From an uncultured Chloroflexia bacterium (lineage in GTDB: Bacteria; Chloroflexota; Limnocylindria; Limnocylindrales; CSP1-4), in assembly GCA_963813335.1 (NCBI GenBank), contig CAWEYL010000006.1, forward strand, positions 1-64,000: a DNA stretch of 64,000 bases, written 5' to 3'. The translations under genes and the position numbers were made by a program. The notes beneath the pieces were generated by a model, which searched no databases, was not told where the DNA came from, and saw only the letters and a list, made by a program, of their open reading frames with translations. This document shows, one piece after another, positions 1-13,962 of the stretch (positions are counted from its first letter, which is position 1; every line of letters starts with the position of its first letter).

Positions 1-481
1 GCTGTCGTTCTTCGGAGGGTTCATCCCGTACATCGGAAGCATCCTGACCACCCTCTTGGCGTTCTTCGTGACCCTGGCCCTCGGGACCCCGCAGGCCGCC
101 ACGATCATGGGCGTCTATACCATCGTCATCAACGTCGTCCAGGGCAACTTCGTGGCGCCGCTGGTCTACGGCCGCGCGGTCAACATCCATCCAGCCATCA
201 TCCTGCTCGCGATCCCGGCCGGCTCGGCACTGGCAGGGATCGCCGGGATGTTCCTGGTCGTGCCCTTCATCGGAGTGATCGCGACGACGTGGCGGACCGG
301 ACTCCTGGTCCTGGGCGACGGCCCGCTCCGTCCGGATGTCGGCCACGATCCGGCCACGGCTCGGACGAGGAGGGGGTGGCCACGGCCCACAACCCGGTCG
401 GTCACCCCGCCCCATCCCGCTCCGATACCATCGGTGGCGGCGGCGGCCAATCTGCTGACGAACGTGAGGTGTAGTCGATGA
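1..481 (+). CDS. AI-2E family transporter, 5'-truncated by window edge
   Basis: FIPYIGS and 'VQGNFVAPLVYGRAVNIHPAIILLAIPAGSALAGIAGMFLVVP' match the C-terminal signature of the AI-2E (PerM/TqsA) family. Confidence 0.8.
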   Translation, partial: LSFFGGFIPYIGSILTTLLAFFVTLALGTPQAATIMGVYTIVINVVQGNFVAPLVYGRAVNIHPAIILLAIPAGSALAGIAGMFLVVPFIGVIATTWRTGLLVLGDGPLRPDVGHDPATARTRRGWPRPTTRSVTPPHPAPIPSVAAAANLLTNVRCSR

Positions 482-2114
482 AGGGACGATCGGCCCTGAT
501 CGCCCTGGCCGGTGCCCAGTTCGTCATGGTCCTCGACCAGACGGTCATGGGGGTCTCGATCAGCCAGCTGGTCGCCGACTTCGACACGACCGTCACCACC
601 ATCCGGAGGCGATCATCACCCTCTACTGCCTCGTGATGGCCATGCTGATGCTCGCGGGCGGCAAGATCGGCGACATCATCGGGCGCCGCCGCGCCTTCAA
701 GATCGGCCTCGTCATCTACGGCTGCGGCTCCGCCATGACGGCGCTCGCCCCGACGGTGGCGATCCTCACGCTCGGGTGGTCGATCCTCGAGGGTATCGGC
801 GCCTCGCTCGTGCTCCCGGCGATGGTCGCGCTGATCGCCGGCAACTTCGAGGGCAAGGACCGCAAGGTCGCCTATGCGATCATCGGGGCGTCGCCGGCGC
901 CGGCATCGCCGTCGGTCCGATCCTCGGGGGCTGGGGCGACCACAGTGCTCTCCTGGCGGGTCGTCTTCGCGGGCGAGGTCGTTCTCGTCATCGGGATCTT
1001 CGTCATGACCCGGTTCGTCGGTGACGCCCTCAGAAGCGGGCCCAAACCTCGGCTCGACGTCGTCGGTGCCGCCCTGTCGGCATCAGGTCTCGGGCTGATC
1101 GTCCTCGGCACGCTCCAATCCAGCACCTGGGGCTTGATCGAGCCGAAAGACGCCCCGATCGCGCCCTTCGGCCTGGCCCCGACCCTCTTCGTGATCGCCG
1201 GCGGCGGGGTGCTGATGTGGGCGTTCGCGACCTGGCAGCGGCACCGTGAGGCGATCGGCAGCGACCCGCTGGTCCACCTTGACCTGCTCAAGATCCTGCC
1301 GCTTCGATCGGGCCTCATCGGTCTCTTCACGCAGAACCTCCTCCTGATGGGCGTCTTCTTCACGATCCCGCTCTATCTCCAGCTCGTCCTCGGCCTCGAC
1401 GCGCTCCAGACGGGCCTCAAGATGCTGCCGGTCTCGGTCGCGATGTTCGCGGCGTCCGTCGTGGGGTCGCGCCTCTCGGTCCGCTACCCGGTACGCGCGA
1501 TCACGAGGGCGGGGCTCATCCTCTCCGCTCTCGCGTGCGTCATGCTCCTGGCGACGATCAAGCCCGACCTCGCCGACCTGCTCTTCGCCGCATCGATGGG
1601 CGTGCTCGGTGCAGGGATGGGGCTGATCGCGTCGCAGCTCGGGCTCGTGGTCCAGTCGTCGGTGGACGCCTCCGGCCGTGGCGAGGCGGGCGGCCTGCAA
1701 TTCACCGGGCAACAGCTGGGCTCGTCCCTCGGCGTCGCCCTCATCGGCGCGATCGTCCTGTCGGGCCTCGCGGCGACGTTCGTCTCGAGCATCCAGGACG
1801 ACCCGAGGATCAGCCAGGAGGTCGCGGGACAGGTCGGGACCGCGGTCGATTCGGGGCTCGACTTCGTCTCGTCCGCGGGCGTCGAGGCTGCCGCTCAGGA
1901 GGCCGGGCTCGACGCCGCCACGACCGCCGCGATCGTGGACGACTACGAGCAGGCGCAGCTCAGGTCACTGAAAGCCGGCCTGCTCGCGGCGGCGATCCTC
2001 GCGCTCGTCTCGCTCGCGTTCACCGGAGGCCTGCCGGGGAAGGTGCCGCTGGGCCAGCCAGCGCCCGACGACGACTCGGTGGCCCCGGACAGGGTCGCGC
2101 CGGCGACGGCGTAG
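478..2114 (+). CDS. MFS transporter (DHA2/EmrB-like), apparent frameshifts near 605-630 and 890-940
   Basis: ATG at 478 reads MKGRSALIALAGAQFVMVLDQTVMGVSISQLV and continues in ORF 633-2114 with MFS motif A (GKIGDIIGRRR) and many TM helices. Confidence 0.8.
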
Positions 2115-2137
2115 CAGGGCGTCGAGCGTAGCCATCG

Positions 2138-2827
2138 ATGGAGCCCGAGCAACGCGATGAGGCCCGGACCGACGAGGTGGCCCGGCCATCCGTGAGCGGC
2201 GGGCGCACGTCCCGAGCGGCCGACGTCCTACCGCTCGATCGCTTCAACGCATTCACGGACGGCGTCTTCGCGATCGCCATCACGCTGCTCGTCCTCGAGC
2301 TCTCGGTCCCGACGATCGGTGGTCGCCTCCTGCCGGCGCTCGCCGAGCAGTGGCATGAGTTCCTCGGGTATCTGATCAGCTTCGTCTTCATCGGGGGCAT
2401 CTGGGTCAGCCACGCCGGCATGACGAAGTTGATGCGGCACGCCGACACCCTGGCGTATGGGCTCGACCTCCTGATGCTGCTCTTCGTGGGCGTCCTGCCG
2501 TTCTCGACCAACCTGATGGTCAGCCACCTCTCGGGTCCGGACGTCGAGGCCGCCGTCGTCATCTACGGCGTCAACGTGCTGCTGGCATCACTCGCGCTGA
2601 GCCTGCTGATGTTCTACATCGCCAGCGAACGGTCGCTCGTCGTGGACGGCGTCGCCGACGAGACCCTGGACGCGAAGGTCCGCCAACGATGGGTCCTGAT
2701 CGCCCTGAATGTCGCCGCCATCGCCCTCGCCGTCGTCGCCCCGCTTGCTGCCGTCGGCGTCTACCTGGTCATGACGATCCTCGCGCTGGCCCTCCCCCTG
2801 ATCCACCTTCGTCGGCGCCGGCACTAG
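2138..2827 (+). CDS. TMEM175 family potassium channel (DUF1211)
   Basis: Signature RFNAFTDGVFAIAITLLVLEL, plus YLISFVFIGGIWVSH. Confidence 0.88.
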   Translation: MEPEQRDEARTDEVARPSVSGGRTSRAADVLPLDRFNAFTDGVFAIAITLLVLELSVPTIGGRLLPALAEQWHEFLGYLISFVFIGGIWVSHAGMTKLMRHADTLAYGLDLLMLLFVGVLPFSTNLMVSHLSGPDVEAAVVIYGVNVLLASLALSLLMFYIASERSLVVDGVADETLDAKVRQRWVLIALNVAAIALAVVAPLAAVGVYLVMTILALALPLIHLRRRRH

Positions 2828-2861
2828 GACCGGGGCCGCAGGGGCACGGGGCGAGCCAGCG

Positions 2862-3296
2862 TCAAGCGCGCCGGTAGTCGATCTCCCACGCGACCTCCCA
2901 GGTCGCGCCGCCGTCCGTCGACCGTTGCCACTGCCAGCGGAACGCGTCGGGCGTGACGTCCAGCCAGACCATCCGCTGGACGACGGCGACCCCGCCCACC
3001 GTGGCCTCCCGCTGGAACGCGATGCGTCCGTCGACCTCGACGCCGACGAGATCCAGGTACGACCCGTTCGAGTCGACCCAGGTCTGGCGCCAGCGGGCGT
3101 CCGTCGTATCCCGGACGCTCAGGCTCCGGCCCAGCAGCGTGCCGTCCGTGTCGGCGCCATCGAACGACTCCTCGATCGCACGGCCGTCGAGGATCCGCCG
3201 GATCGTGTTGGTCCCGTGTCCGCCGTCCGCCCACGACACGACCCAGTCGCCAAGCCAGAAGTCGAGGGCCTCGGGCCCGAGCGGATCCGCGCTCAT
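2862..3296 (-). CDS. Hypothetical beta-barrel protein (DUF1579-like)
   Basis: Start MSADPLGPEALDFWLGDW overlaps the upstream stop; contains WRQTWVDSNG and STDGGATW motifs. Confidence 0.65.
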   Translation of the reverse strand: MSADPLGPEALDFWLGDWVVSWADGGHGTNTIRRILDGRAIEESFDGADTDGTLLGRSLSVRDTTDARWRQTWVDSNGSYLDLVGVEVDGRIAFQREATVGGVAVVQRMVWLDVTPDAFRWQWQRSTDGGATWEVAWEIDYRRA

Positions 3297-3706
3297 CCCG
3301 CCGCCTTCGCTTCGCTGATCTCGAGCAGGTGGCCGTCGGGGTCGCGGAAGAAGCCGCGGATCTCCCACTCGGACTCGACCAGGGGCGCGAGGAAGACGGC
3401 GCCGCGCTCGATCAGGGTGGCATGCGCGGCCCGGGCATCCGGGACGCGGATCGTCATCGAGTGGCTGACGGCGTCGGGATCGGCCGGCTCCGCGAACGTC
3501 ACGGTCGGCTTGTCGGCGGTCGGACCACCGCCGGTCACGAGCAGCAGCCACGTCCCGAATGCCTGGAGCACGCACGACGTCCCGCCGTACTCGCGGTAGA
3601 CGGTCGCGCCCAGCACGTCCCGATAGAACGTCCGCGCCCGCGCGATATCCGCGACCACGAGGATGTGTGTCAGTTCCATGCCGTCGGCCGGGAAGGCAGC
3701 GCCCAT
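3293..3706 (-). CDS. VOC/glyoxalase family protein
   Basis: THILVVADIARARTFYRDVLG ... FFRDPDGHLLEI. Confidence 0.85.
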   Translation of the reverse strand: MGAAFPADGMELTHILVVADIARARTFYRDVLGATVYREYGGTSCVLQAFGTWLLLVTGGGPTADKPTVTFAEPADPDAVSHSMTIRVPDARAAHATLIERGAVFLAPLVESEWEIRGFFRDPDGHLLEISEAKAAG

Positions 3707-3712
3707 GCCCGC

Positions 3713-3722
3713 AGCGTACCCT
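3713..3722. promoter_or_regulatory. Overlapping divergent -10 elements (leaderless bidirectional promoter)
   Basis: TACCCT (+, 3717-3722) lies 6 nt before ATG 3729; TACGCT (-, 3718-3713) lies 6 nt before ATG 3706. Confidence 0.55.
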
Positions 3723-3728
3723 CTCGCG

Positions 3729-4703
3729 ATGGTCACCTCGCCGCCCATCCGCGATGAGCGGACGGGCCTCCTCCTTGCGGCCGGGGCGGCCATCCTGTAC
3801 GGCGCGGCCTACCCGGCTACCGCCATCGCGCTCCACTCGTTCACACCGCTGGCGATCGCCGGGCTCGCCTGCACGATCGCGTTGCCCGTGGTCGTGGCCG
3901 GCGCCGCCTTCGGCCTGATCCCGCGCCCGTCCAAAGCCGCCCTGAACGCCCCGAGCCTCCTCCGCCTGCTGGTCCTCGCCGGGCTCGGCGGGCTCGGCTT
4001 CATCGCGGCGGTCAACCTCGCGGTCTCGCTCAGCGGCTCGACCGTCACAGGCTTCATCTCGCCGCTCTACGCCGTGGCCGCCGCGCTCTTCGCCGTCCCG
4101 ATCCTCGGCGAGCGCGTCCGACCCGCGGCGGTCGTCGGGTTCGTGCTGGCGATCGTCGGCACGGCCCTGCTCGCCGGCTTCGACCCCGACGGCGCGAACC
4201 TGCTCGGCATCGCGATGGGCGGCGCCGCCGCGGTCATGTTCGGGCTGTACATCGTGCTGGCCCGGCGCTGGGGTGGGCGGTATGCCCTCGACGGGACGTT
4301 GGTCACCGTCGCGAACCTCATCGGCCGGGGTCCGATCCTTCTGGCCGTCGAATGGCTCCGGGCGCCGGGCACGCTGATCCCCGCGAACCCGGAACCAGCG
4401 GCGGTCGTCGCCCTGCTCACGATCGCATTCGGGGCGAGCTCGACGGCGAACCTCCTGCTGATGGCCAGCGTCCGACGCGTCCCGGCCGGGCGGACGTCGG
4501 CCGCGCTGCTGCTGACCCCGCTGTCCTCGGCGGTCATCGCGGCCGTGATCCTCGGCGAGCGGCTGTCGCCCATCGAGCTCGTCGGGGCGGGGCTGATCCT
4601 CGCCGGTATCGCCGGGGCGAGCGGGCTGCTCGACCGGGCGATCGGCGCCCGTCGCGCCGCGCCGGCCGAGCCGGAGGACGCAGTCGCGGGGAGCAGCGGG
4701 TGA
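3729..4703 (+). CDS. DMT/EamA family transporter
   Basis: About 10 TM helices in two EamA repeats (PILGERV, VILGERLS). Confidence 0.85.
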   Translation: MVTSPPIRDERTGLLLAAGAAILYGAAYPATAIALHSFTPLAIAGLACTIALPVVVAGAAFGLIPRPSKAALNAPSLLRLLVLAGLGGLGFIAAVNLAVSLSGSTVTGFISPLYAVAAALFAVPILGERVRPAAVVGFVLAIVGTALLAGFDPDGANLLGIAMGGAAAVMFGLYIVLARRWGGRYALDGTLVTVANLIGRGPILLAVEWLRAPGTLIPANPEPAAVVALLTIAFGASSTANLLLMASVRRVPAGRTSAALLLTPLSSAVIAAVILGERLSPIELVGAGLILAGIAGASGLLDRAIGARRAAPAEPEDAVAGSSG

Positions 4704-5419
4704 TCCGCCGGGCCTGGCTCGCCCTGACCGCCGCGCCGCCGTACGCCGCGACGCATGCGGACCGGGCCACCTTCGACCTCGTCGGCCTCCGGCTGCCGGT
4801 CCGGGCGACAGTCGCCATCGCGGTCGTCACGCTGGTCCTGTTGTTCGACTACTCGCATACGTTCATGTCAGCGGACGCCGTCGCCCAGGGGCGCACGCCG
4901 GACGGGGCCCGCGCGCTCGCGATCGAGCGGTTGCTGCTGTTCGGGCTCGTCCCGCTGGTGGTGGTCCTGGTGGGCTTCCGCGACCGCCCGTCGCGCTACG
5001 GCCTGACCATCGGCGACTGGCGCTGGGGCGCGACGCTGACCGCCATCGGCTGCCTCGCCATGACCCCGGTCGTGCTCTGGTTCGCCAGCCAGCCGGACGC
5101 GCAGGCCTACTACGCGGTGAGTGCCGGCACGCCGGCCGACGTCGTCATCACGAACGCGATCGAGCTGACCGCGGTCGAGTTCGCGTTCCGCGGCTTCCTG
5201 ATGCTGACGCTGGTCCGGACGATCGGCCCGCTGGGCGTCGTCGTGGCTGCGATGCCGTTCGTCTTCGGCCACCTCGGCAAGCCCGAGCTCGAGCTCTTCT
5301 CGACGCTCGGCGGCGGCCTGGTCTACGGGTGGCTGGCGTGGCGGACCCGATCGATCGTCTGGGGATCGATCGGGCACACCTGGATCCTGAGCCTGGTCAT
5401 CCTCGCGTCCACGCCGTGA
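4700..5419 (+). CDS. CPBP (Abi/CAAX) family intramembrane protease
   Basis: GTGA overlap start; motifs VEFAFRG, FGHLGKPELE, GWLAWRTRSIVWGSIGH. Confidence 0.78.
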   Translation: MIRRAWLALTAAPPYAATHADRATFDLVGLRLPVRATVAIAVVTLVLLFDYSHTFMSADAVAQGRTPDGARALAIERLLLFGLVPLVVVLVGFRDRPSRYGLTIGDWRWGATLTAIGCLAMTPVVLWFASQPDAQAYYAVSAGTPADVVITNAIELTAVEFAFRGFLMLTLVRTIGPLGVVVAAMPFVFGHLGKPELELFSTLGGGLVYGWLAWRTRSIVWGSIGHTWILSLVILASTP

Positions 5420-5654
5420 TGACGTCCGAGTCGTCGTCGACGTCGATGCCGTGGCGCTTCGCCGCCATCACGATCCGCGACGCCGCCGAATGGCGCGCGC
5501 GAGCATCCTCGAAGTCGGTCTGCGAGAAGCGGCTGATGGCGTTGCGGACGTGCTCCTCGTCGTTGATCGGCAGGTGCCGCTCACCGGTCTTGTCGATGTA
5601 GGCGAACGACGAGTCGTGGAGCCGCTCGCGCTGCGCGGTGCTGAGCTCGGCCAT
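5397..5654 (-). CDS. Small conserved protein (DUF6582-like)
   Basis: MAELSTAQRERLHDSSFAY...LPINDEEHVRNAISRFSQTDF; upstream AAGGAGG RBS. Confidence 0.7.
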   Translation of the reverse strand: MAELSTAQRERLHDSSFAYIDKTGERHLPINDEEHVRNAISRFSQTDFEDARARHSAASRIVMAAKRHGIDVDDDSDVITAWTRG

Positions 5655-5768
5655 GGGTGACCTCCTTGTCGAGACACCATGACCCTGGGGACATCGAAGC
5701 CGCCCGTAGCATCGCCAGCGGACGGCTTGCAGGTCCCTATCGAGTGGCGGCCCGAGGCCGCGCGGGTT

Positions 5769-6311
5769 TCAGGCGCGGGCCGCGCCCTCGGCGCCCCAGC
5801 GCTTCACCTCGGCGTCGAGGTCGAGCGGCATCACGGCGCCGTTGTTCTCGTAGCCGCCCCACGCCTCGCGCGGGACGCGCCACATGATCTCGAACTCGTT
5901 GCCGTCCGGGTCGGCCCCGTAGAGCGACTTCGAGACGCCGTGGTCCGAGGCGCCGCCGAGGGCCCTGGCCTCGGACAGGATCCGGGCCGCCGCGGCGAGG
6001 TCGTCGATGGTCGGGACCTCCCAGGCCAGGTGGTACAGCCCGACCGAGCCGCGCGGCGGGCGCGGCGCATCCGGCCCGACCGAGAACAGCCCGAGGTCGT
6101 GGTGGTTGTCGCCGGCGCCGGCGCGCATGAAGACCGCGCGTCCGCCGAAGGCGCTCTCGACGACCTCGAAGCCGAGGACGTCGTGGTAGAAGGCCGCCGC
6201 CGCGGTGGCGTCGCGAACGTACAGGACGGCGTGGTTGAGGCGCGAGACCGGGATGCTCACGCGCGCAGTCTGCGCCTCGACCGGCGCGGCCGGTTCAACG
6301 GTCTGGGTCAC
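5769..6311 (-). CDS. VOC family protein (catechol 2,3-dioxygenase-like)
   Basis: LNHAVLYVRD, NHHDLGL, GLYHLAW, DHGVSKSLYGADPDGNEFE. Confidence 0.85.
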   Translation of the reverse strand: MTQTVEPAAPVEAQTARVSIPVSRLNHAVLYVRDATAAAAFYHDVLGFEVVESAFGGRAVFMRAGAGDNHHDLGLFSVGPDAPRPPRGSVGLYHLAWEVPTIDDLAAAARILSEARALGGASDHGVSKSLYGADPDGNEFEIMWRVPREAWGGYENNGAVMPLDLDAEVKRWGAEGAARA

Positions 6312-6958
6312 GCCGCCGCCTTCACCGCGGCCGGGGCGGCCACGAGCTTCCAGCCGGACTGCCAGCTGCCGCCGTTGGCGATGTTCAGGGTGATGTTGAG
6401 GAAGGCGAGGCCCTCGAGCTGGCGCGCCCGGGCGAGCGGTCCGACATCGACCGGGCTGAGCCCGGCGGAGGCGACCAGCTCGAGCACCGCCGCCTTCGAG
6501 GCGTCGTCGTCACCGGCCACGAACCCGTCCAGCTGGACGCCGCTCGTGATCGGGTCCGCCATGTTCGACCCGAAGAGCGTGTTGAACGCCTTGACGATGT
6601 GGGCGCGCGGGAGGAGCGCCGCGAGCTCCTCGGCGTTCGAGATGGTGCCGTCGATCTCGGGGCCGGCGGCGCCGAACGACATCCGGTTGGTGACGTCGAC
6701 CACGGTCTTGCCCGCGACGGCGTCGGCGATCTCCGCGGCCACGGCGGGCGCGCTCGCGAACGGGATGGCGAGGACGACGAGGTCACCGGCCGCGGCCGCG
6801 GCGGCGTTGGACGGGGCGATCGTGGCACCCGTGGCCGCGGCGACGGCGCCGGCGTCCTCGGGATCGCGCGAGGCGATCGTCACGGTGTGACCGGCCCGCA
6901 CGAAGGCGGTGGAAAGGGCCTTGCCGACATTGCCGGCGCCGATGATGCTGATGTCCAT
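6308..6958 (-). CDS. NADPH-dependent F420 reductase family oxidoreductase
   Basis: Rossmann motif IIGAGNVG, VVDVTN, IVKAFNT, DVGPLARARQLE. Confidence 0.85.
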   Translation of the reverse strand: MDISIIGAGNVGKALSTAFVRAGHTVTIASRDPEDAGAVAAATGATIAPSNAAAAAAGDLVVLAIPFASAPAVAAEIADAVAGKTVVDVTNRMSFGAAGPEIDGTISNAEELAALLPRAHIVKAFNTLFGSNMADPITSGVQLDGFVAGDDDASKAAVLELVASAGLSPVDVGPLARARQLEGLAFLNITLNIANGGSWQSGWKLVAAPAAVKAAA

Positions 6959-7047
6959 CCGGACGATCCTCCTGCGACCTGACGAGTTTGGCCTCGTCAA
7001 TACGTGTTTGCTATGGACAGACCCTACGCCCTGGAGTAGGCTGTTGT

Positions 7048-7060
7048 CAACATGATGTTG
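7048..7060. promoter_or_regulatory. Perfect inverted repeat, candidate operator of the XRE-cupin regulator
   Basis: CAACAT-G-ATGTTG in the divergent intergenic region between the F420 reductase and the regulator. Confidence 0.35.
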
Positions 7061-7071
7061 TGGAGAGCAAA

Positions 7072-7632
7072 GTGACGACGACGGAGTCCAGGCGCAAGCC
7101 CGCCGTGGGCGTGCAGATCAAGCGCTGGCGGACGGAGCGCGAGCTGACGCTCGCCAACGTCGCCGAACGCAGCGGCCTGAACGTGGGCTACCTGTCGCAG
7201 ATCGAGAACGACAAGGCCTCGCCCTCGCTCGGGTGCCTCATGGCGATCGCCGACGCGCTGGAGGTGCCGGCCGCCTGGTTCTTCGTCGACGACCTCCCGG
7301 CGCCGCTCGTGGTCCGGGCCGACGAGCGCCCGGTCAGCGAGTCCGAGTTGGGCCGGGTATCGCATGTCGACGGTCGGGCCTCGCGCGACATCTCGATCCT
7401 CGAGATCACCTCGACCAACGCCGGCGGACGCGTCGGACTGCACTCGCACGCCGGCGAGGAGCACCACCTCGTCCTGCGCGGGCACTTCCGGATGACCCAG
7501 GGCGAGCACGACATCGAGCTCGGGCCGGGCGACTACGTCCGCTGGGACGGCACGATCCCGCACGAGGGCGAGGTCGTGGGCGACGACCCGGACGCCGCCA
7601 TGCTGATCATCCGGATCCACCCGAGGGACTGA
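7072..7632 (+). CDS. XRE family HTH regulator with C-terminal cupin
   Basis: LTLANVAERSGLNVGYLSQIENDKASPS (HTH) and HSHAGEE...IPH (cupin). Start approximate (GTG after GGAG). Confidence 0.85.
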   Translation: MTTTESRRKPAVGVQIKRWRTERELTLANVAERSGLNVGYLSQIENDKASPSLGCLMAIADALEVPAAWFFVDDLPAPLVVRADERPVSESELGRVSHVDGRASRDISILEITSTNAGGRVGLHSHAGEEHHLVLRGHFRMTQGEHDIELGPGDYVRWDGTIPHEGEVVGDDPDAAMLIIRIHPRD

Positions 7633-7667
7633 CCCGCCGCAGCGGGCTCGCGCGTACCATCGACGGC

Positions 7668-8468
7668 GTGACCCGCCGAGCCGTCACCTACGCGTCCTAC
7701 CTGAAGATCGCGGAGCTGTTGAAGCTTCAGGTCGAGCGTTCGAGCGGGCCGGACGGCCCCGAGCATGACGAGCTGCTGTTCATCGTCATCCACCAGGTCT
7801 ACGAGCTCTGGTTCAAGCAGCTCCGCCACGAGCTGCGCGCGGTCCAGCAGGCGCTGGAGGCCGGCGACACGGACCGGGCGCTCCACCTGCTGAACCGGGT
7901 CCTCAAGATCCTCAAGACGCTCGTCGCCCAGGTCGACGTCCTCGAGACGATGACGCCGCTCCAGTTCCTCTCCTTCCGCGACCGCCTCGATTCGGCCTCC
8001 GGGTTCCAGTCCGCCGGCTTCCGCGAGATCGAGGCGATGCTTGGCTCCCGCGACCCGGGCGCGGCCGCAGCCCAGCCCAGGGGATCCGCGCCCCGACGCG
8101 CGATCGAGGCGGCCCAGGCCACACCGTCGGTCTGGGCGTCGTTCCTCGATTACCTGTCCGAGCGCGGCCACGAGATCCCCGACGACGTCATCGCGCGCGA
8201 GCCATCGGCGACCATCGAGCCCGACGAGGCGGTCCAGGAGGTCCTGGTCGCGGTCTACCGCGGGGACCCGGATGCCGCGCTCGTGGCAGAACGGCTGGTC
8301 GACCTCGACGAGGGGATCCAGGAGTGGCGCTACCGCCACGTCAAGATGGTGGAGCGCACGATCGGCACGAAGCGTGGGACCGGCGGCTCGAGCGGCGTGG
8401 AGTACCTGCGCTCGACCCTCTTCCGGCCGGTCTTCCCGGACCTCTGGGAGATCCGCTCCCGCCTGTGA
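7668..8468 (+). CDS. kynA: Tryptophan 2,3-dioxygenase
   Basis: HDELLFIVIHQVYELWFK, SASGFQS, WRYRHVKMVERTIGTKRGTGGSSG. Confidence 0.93.
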   Translation: MTRRAVTYASYLKIAELLKLQVERSSGPDGPEHDELLFIVIHQVYELWFKQLRHELRAVQQALEAGDTDRALHLLNRVLKILKTLVAQVDVLETMTPLQFLSFRDRLDSASGFQSAGFREIEAMLGSRDPGAAAAQPRGSAPRRAIEAAQATPSVWASFLDYLSERGHEIPDDVIAREPSATIEPDEAVQEVLVAVYRGDPDAALVAERLVDLDEGIQEWRYRHVKMVERTIGTKRGTGGSSGVEYLRSTLFRPVFPDLWEIRSRL

Positions 8469-8618
8469 CCCCGGCCGCTCGCATCCGATTCGCAACCGAC
8501 GCGGCGGCGCAACCTTCGGGGCGCGCGCGGTAGACTGCCGTCGACCCCAAGCGTCACCCGCGGACCCCTCACCCGTCCGCGGCCCCCTCGCCCCGCAACC
8601 CAAGTCAAGGTGGTGCTC

Positions 8619-9782
8619 ATGAAGGTCGGAGTGGCCAAGGAGAACGCGCCCGGAGAGCGGCGCGTCGCCCTGGTGCCCGAGGCGCTCGGCAAGCTCAAGG
8701 CGGCCGGGCTGGAGATCCTCGTCGAGACCGGCGCCGGCGCCGGATCGGCCCTGCCGGACGCCGCATACAAGGATGCCGGCGCGACCATCGTCTCGACCGA
8801 GGCGCTGTACCGCGATGCCGATGTCGTCCTGAAGGTCGCCAAGCCGTCGGCCGCCGAGGTCGCGATGCTGCGCCCCGGCCAGGCGGTCGTCGGGTTCCTC
8901 GCTCCGCTCATCGACCCGCGCGGGGCGAAGTCGCTGGCGGACGCGGGCGTGACCGCGATCAGCCTCGACGCGATCCCGCGGACGCTGTCGCGCGCCCAGA
9001 CGATGGACGCGCTGAGCTCGCAGGCCAACGTCGGCGGCTACAAGGCGGTCCTCATCGCCGCCAACGCCTACGGCCGCTACTTCCCGCTGCTGACCACCGC
9101 CGCCGGGACCGCCAAGCCCGCGAACCTGCTGATCCTGGGGATCGGCGTGGCCGGGCTGCAGGCCATCGGCACGGCCCGGCGCCTCGGCGCCGTGGTCAAG
9201 GCCTACGACGTCCGGCCCGAGACCCGCGAGCAGGCCGAGTCGCTCGGCGCGCAGTTCGTCAAGCTCAAGACGACCATCGACGCCACCGGCGCCGGCGGCT
9301 ACGCCCGCGAGCTGACGGCCGAGGAGCGCGCCGCCCAGCAGGCCGAGCTCAACGAGGTCATCGGCGGGATGGACGTGGTGATCACCACGGCCCAGGTCCC
9401 GGGCCGCAAGCCGCCGGTCCTGGTGACCGCGGAGGCCGTGAGCCTCATGAAATCAGGCTCGGTGATCGTCGACATGGCCGCCTCGAACCTCGGCGGCAAC
9501 TGCGAGCTGTCGCGGGCCGGCGAGACGATCGAGACCTCCAACGGCGTGACGGTCATCGCCCCGGACAACCTGCCGGCCTCGATGCCGGCCGGCGCCTCTG
9601 CGTTCTACGCCCGGAACATCTCCGCGCTGCTCCTCGGGATGGTCAAGGACGGGAACCTGAACCTCGACTTCGAGGACGAGGTCACCAAGTCGACCGTCAT
9701 CACCCACGGCGGGGCGATCCTGTCCGACGCCGTCAAGAAGCTGCTCGAGCCGGCCGCGCCGGCAGCTGGAGGTCCCGCATGA
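8619..9782 (+). CDS. pntAA: NAD(P) transhydrogenase subunit alpha, part 1
   Basis: ERRVALVP, SRAQTMDALSSQ, GIGVAGLQAI, GGNCEL. Confidence 0.93.
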   Translation: MKVGVAKENAPGERRVALVPEALGKLKAAGLEILVETGAGAGSALPDAAYKDAGATIVSTEALYRDADVVLKVAKPSAAEVAMLRPGQAVVGFLAPLIDPRGAKSLADAGVTAISLDAIPRTLSRAQTMDALSSQANVGGYKAVLIAANAYGRYFPLLTTAAGTAKPANLLILGIGVAGLQAIGTARRLGAVVKAYDVRPETREQAESLGAQFVKLKTTIDATGAGGYARELTAEERAAQQAELNEVIGGMDVVITTAQVPGRKPPVLVTAEAVSLMKSGSVIVDMAASNLGGNCELSRAGETIETSNGVTVIAPDNLPASMPAGASAFYARNISALLLGMVKDGNLNLDFEDEVTKSTVITHGGAILSDAVKKLLEPAAPAAGGPA

Positions 9783-10114
9783 CCCCCGAGGTCGAGACCC
9801 TGCTCAATGCGCTGACGCTCTTCGTCATCGCGATCCTGGTCGGGTTCGCGGTCATCAGCAAGGTCCCCGCGACGCTCCACACCCCGCTGATGTCGGGCGC
9901 GAACTCGATCCATGGGATCGTGCTGGTGGGCGGCATGCTGATCGCCGCGGAAGCCAACGACCCGGCCTCGCAGATCCTGTCGCTCGTGGCCGTGGCGTTC
10001 GCCTCGATGAACGTGGTCGGCGGCTACGTCGTGACCGACCGGATGCTCCAGATGTTCCGCAAGAAGCCGGTCGCCCCCGCGCCCGCTGCCTCCGCCACCG
10101 AGTCGGAGGCCTAG
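9779..10114 (+). CDS. pntAB: NAD(P) transhydrogenase subunit alpha, part 2
   Basis: VPATLHTPLMSGANSIHG, VTDRMLQMF; ATGA overlap with pntAA. Confidence 0.93.
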   Translation: MTPEVETLLNALTLFVIAILVGFAVISKVPATLHTPLMSGANSIHGIVLVGGMLIAAEANDPASQILSLVAVAFASMNVVGGYVVTDRMLQMFRKKPVAPAPAASATESEA

Positions 10115-10117
10115 CCG

Positions 10118-11546
<1,429 letters not shown>

Positions 11547-11576
11547 CCGAGGGGCGCAGCGGCAGCCGGGGGGCCG

Positions 11577-13928
<2,352 letters not shown>

Positions 13929-13962
13929 GGGCGTCACTCCTGGCATCGCGTGCGACCGGGCG

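Noticed and set aside
7668-8468. Kynurenine pathway operon
   Set aside because: Only kynA is present; no kynB or kynU lies next to it.
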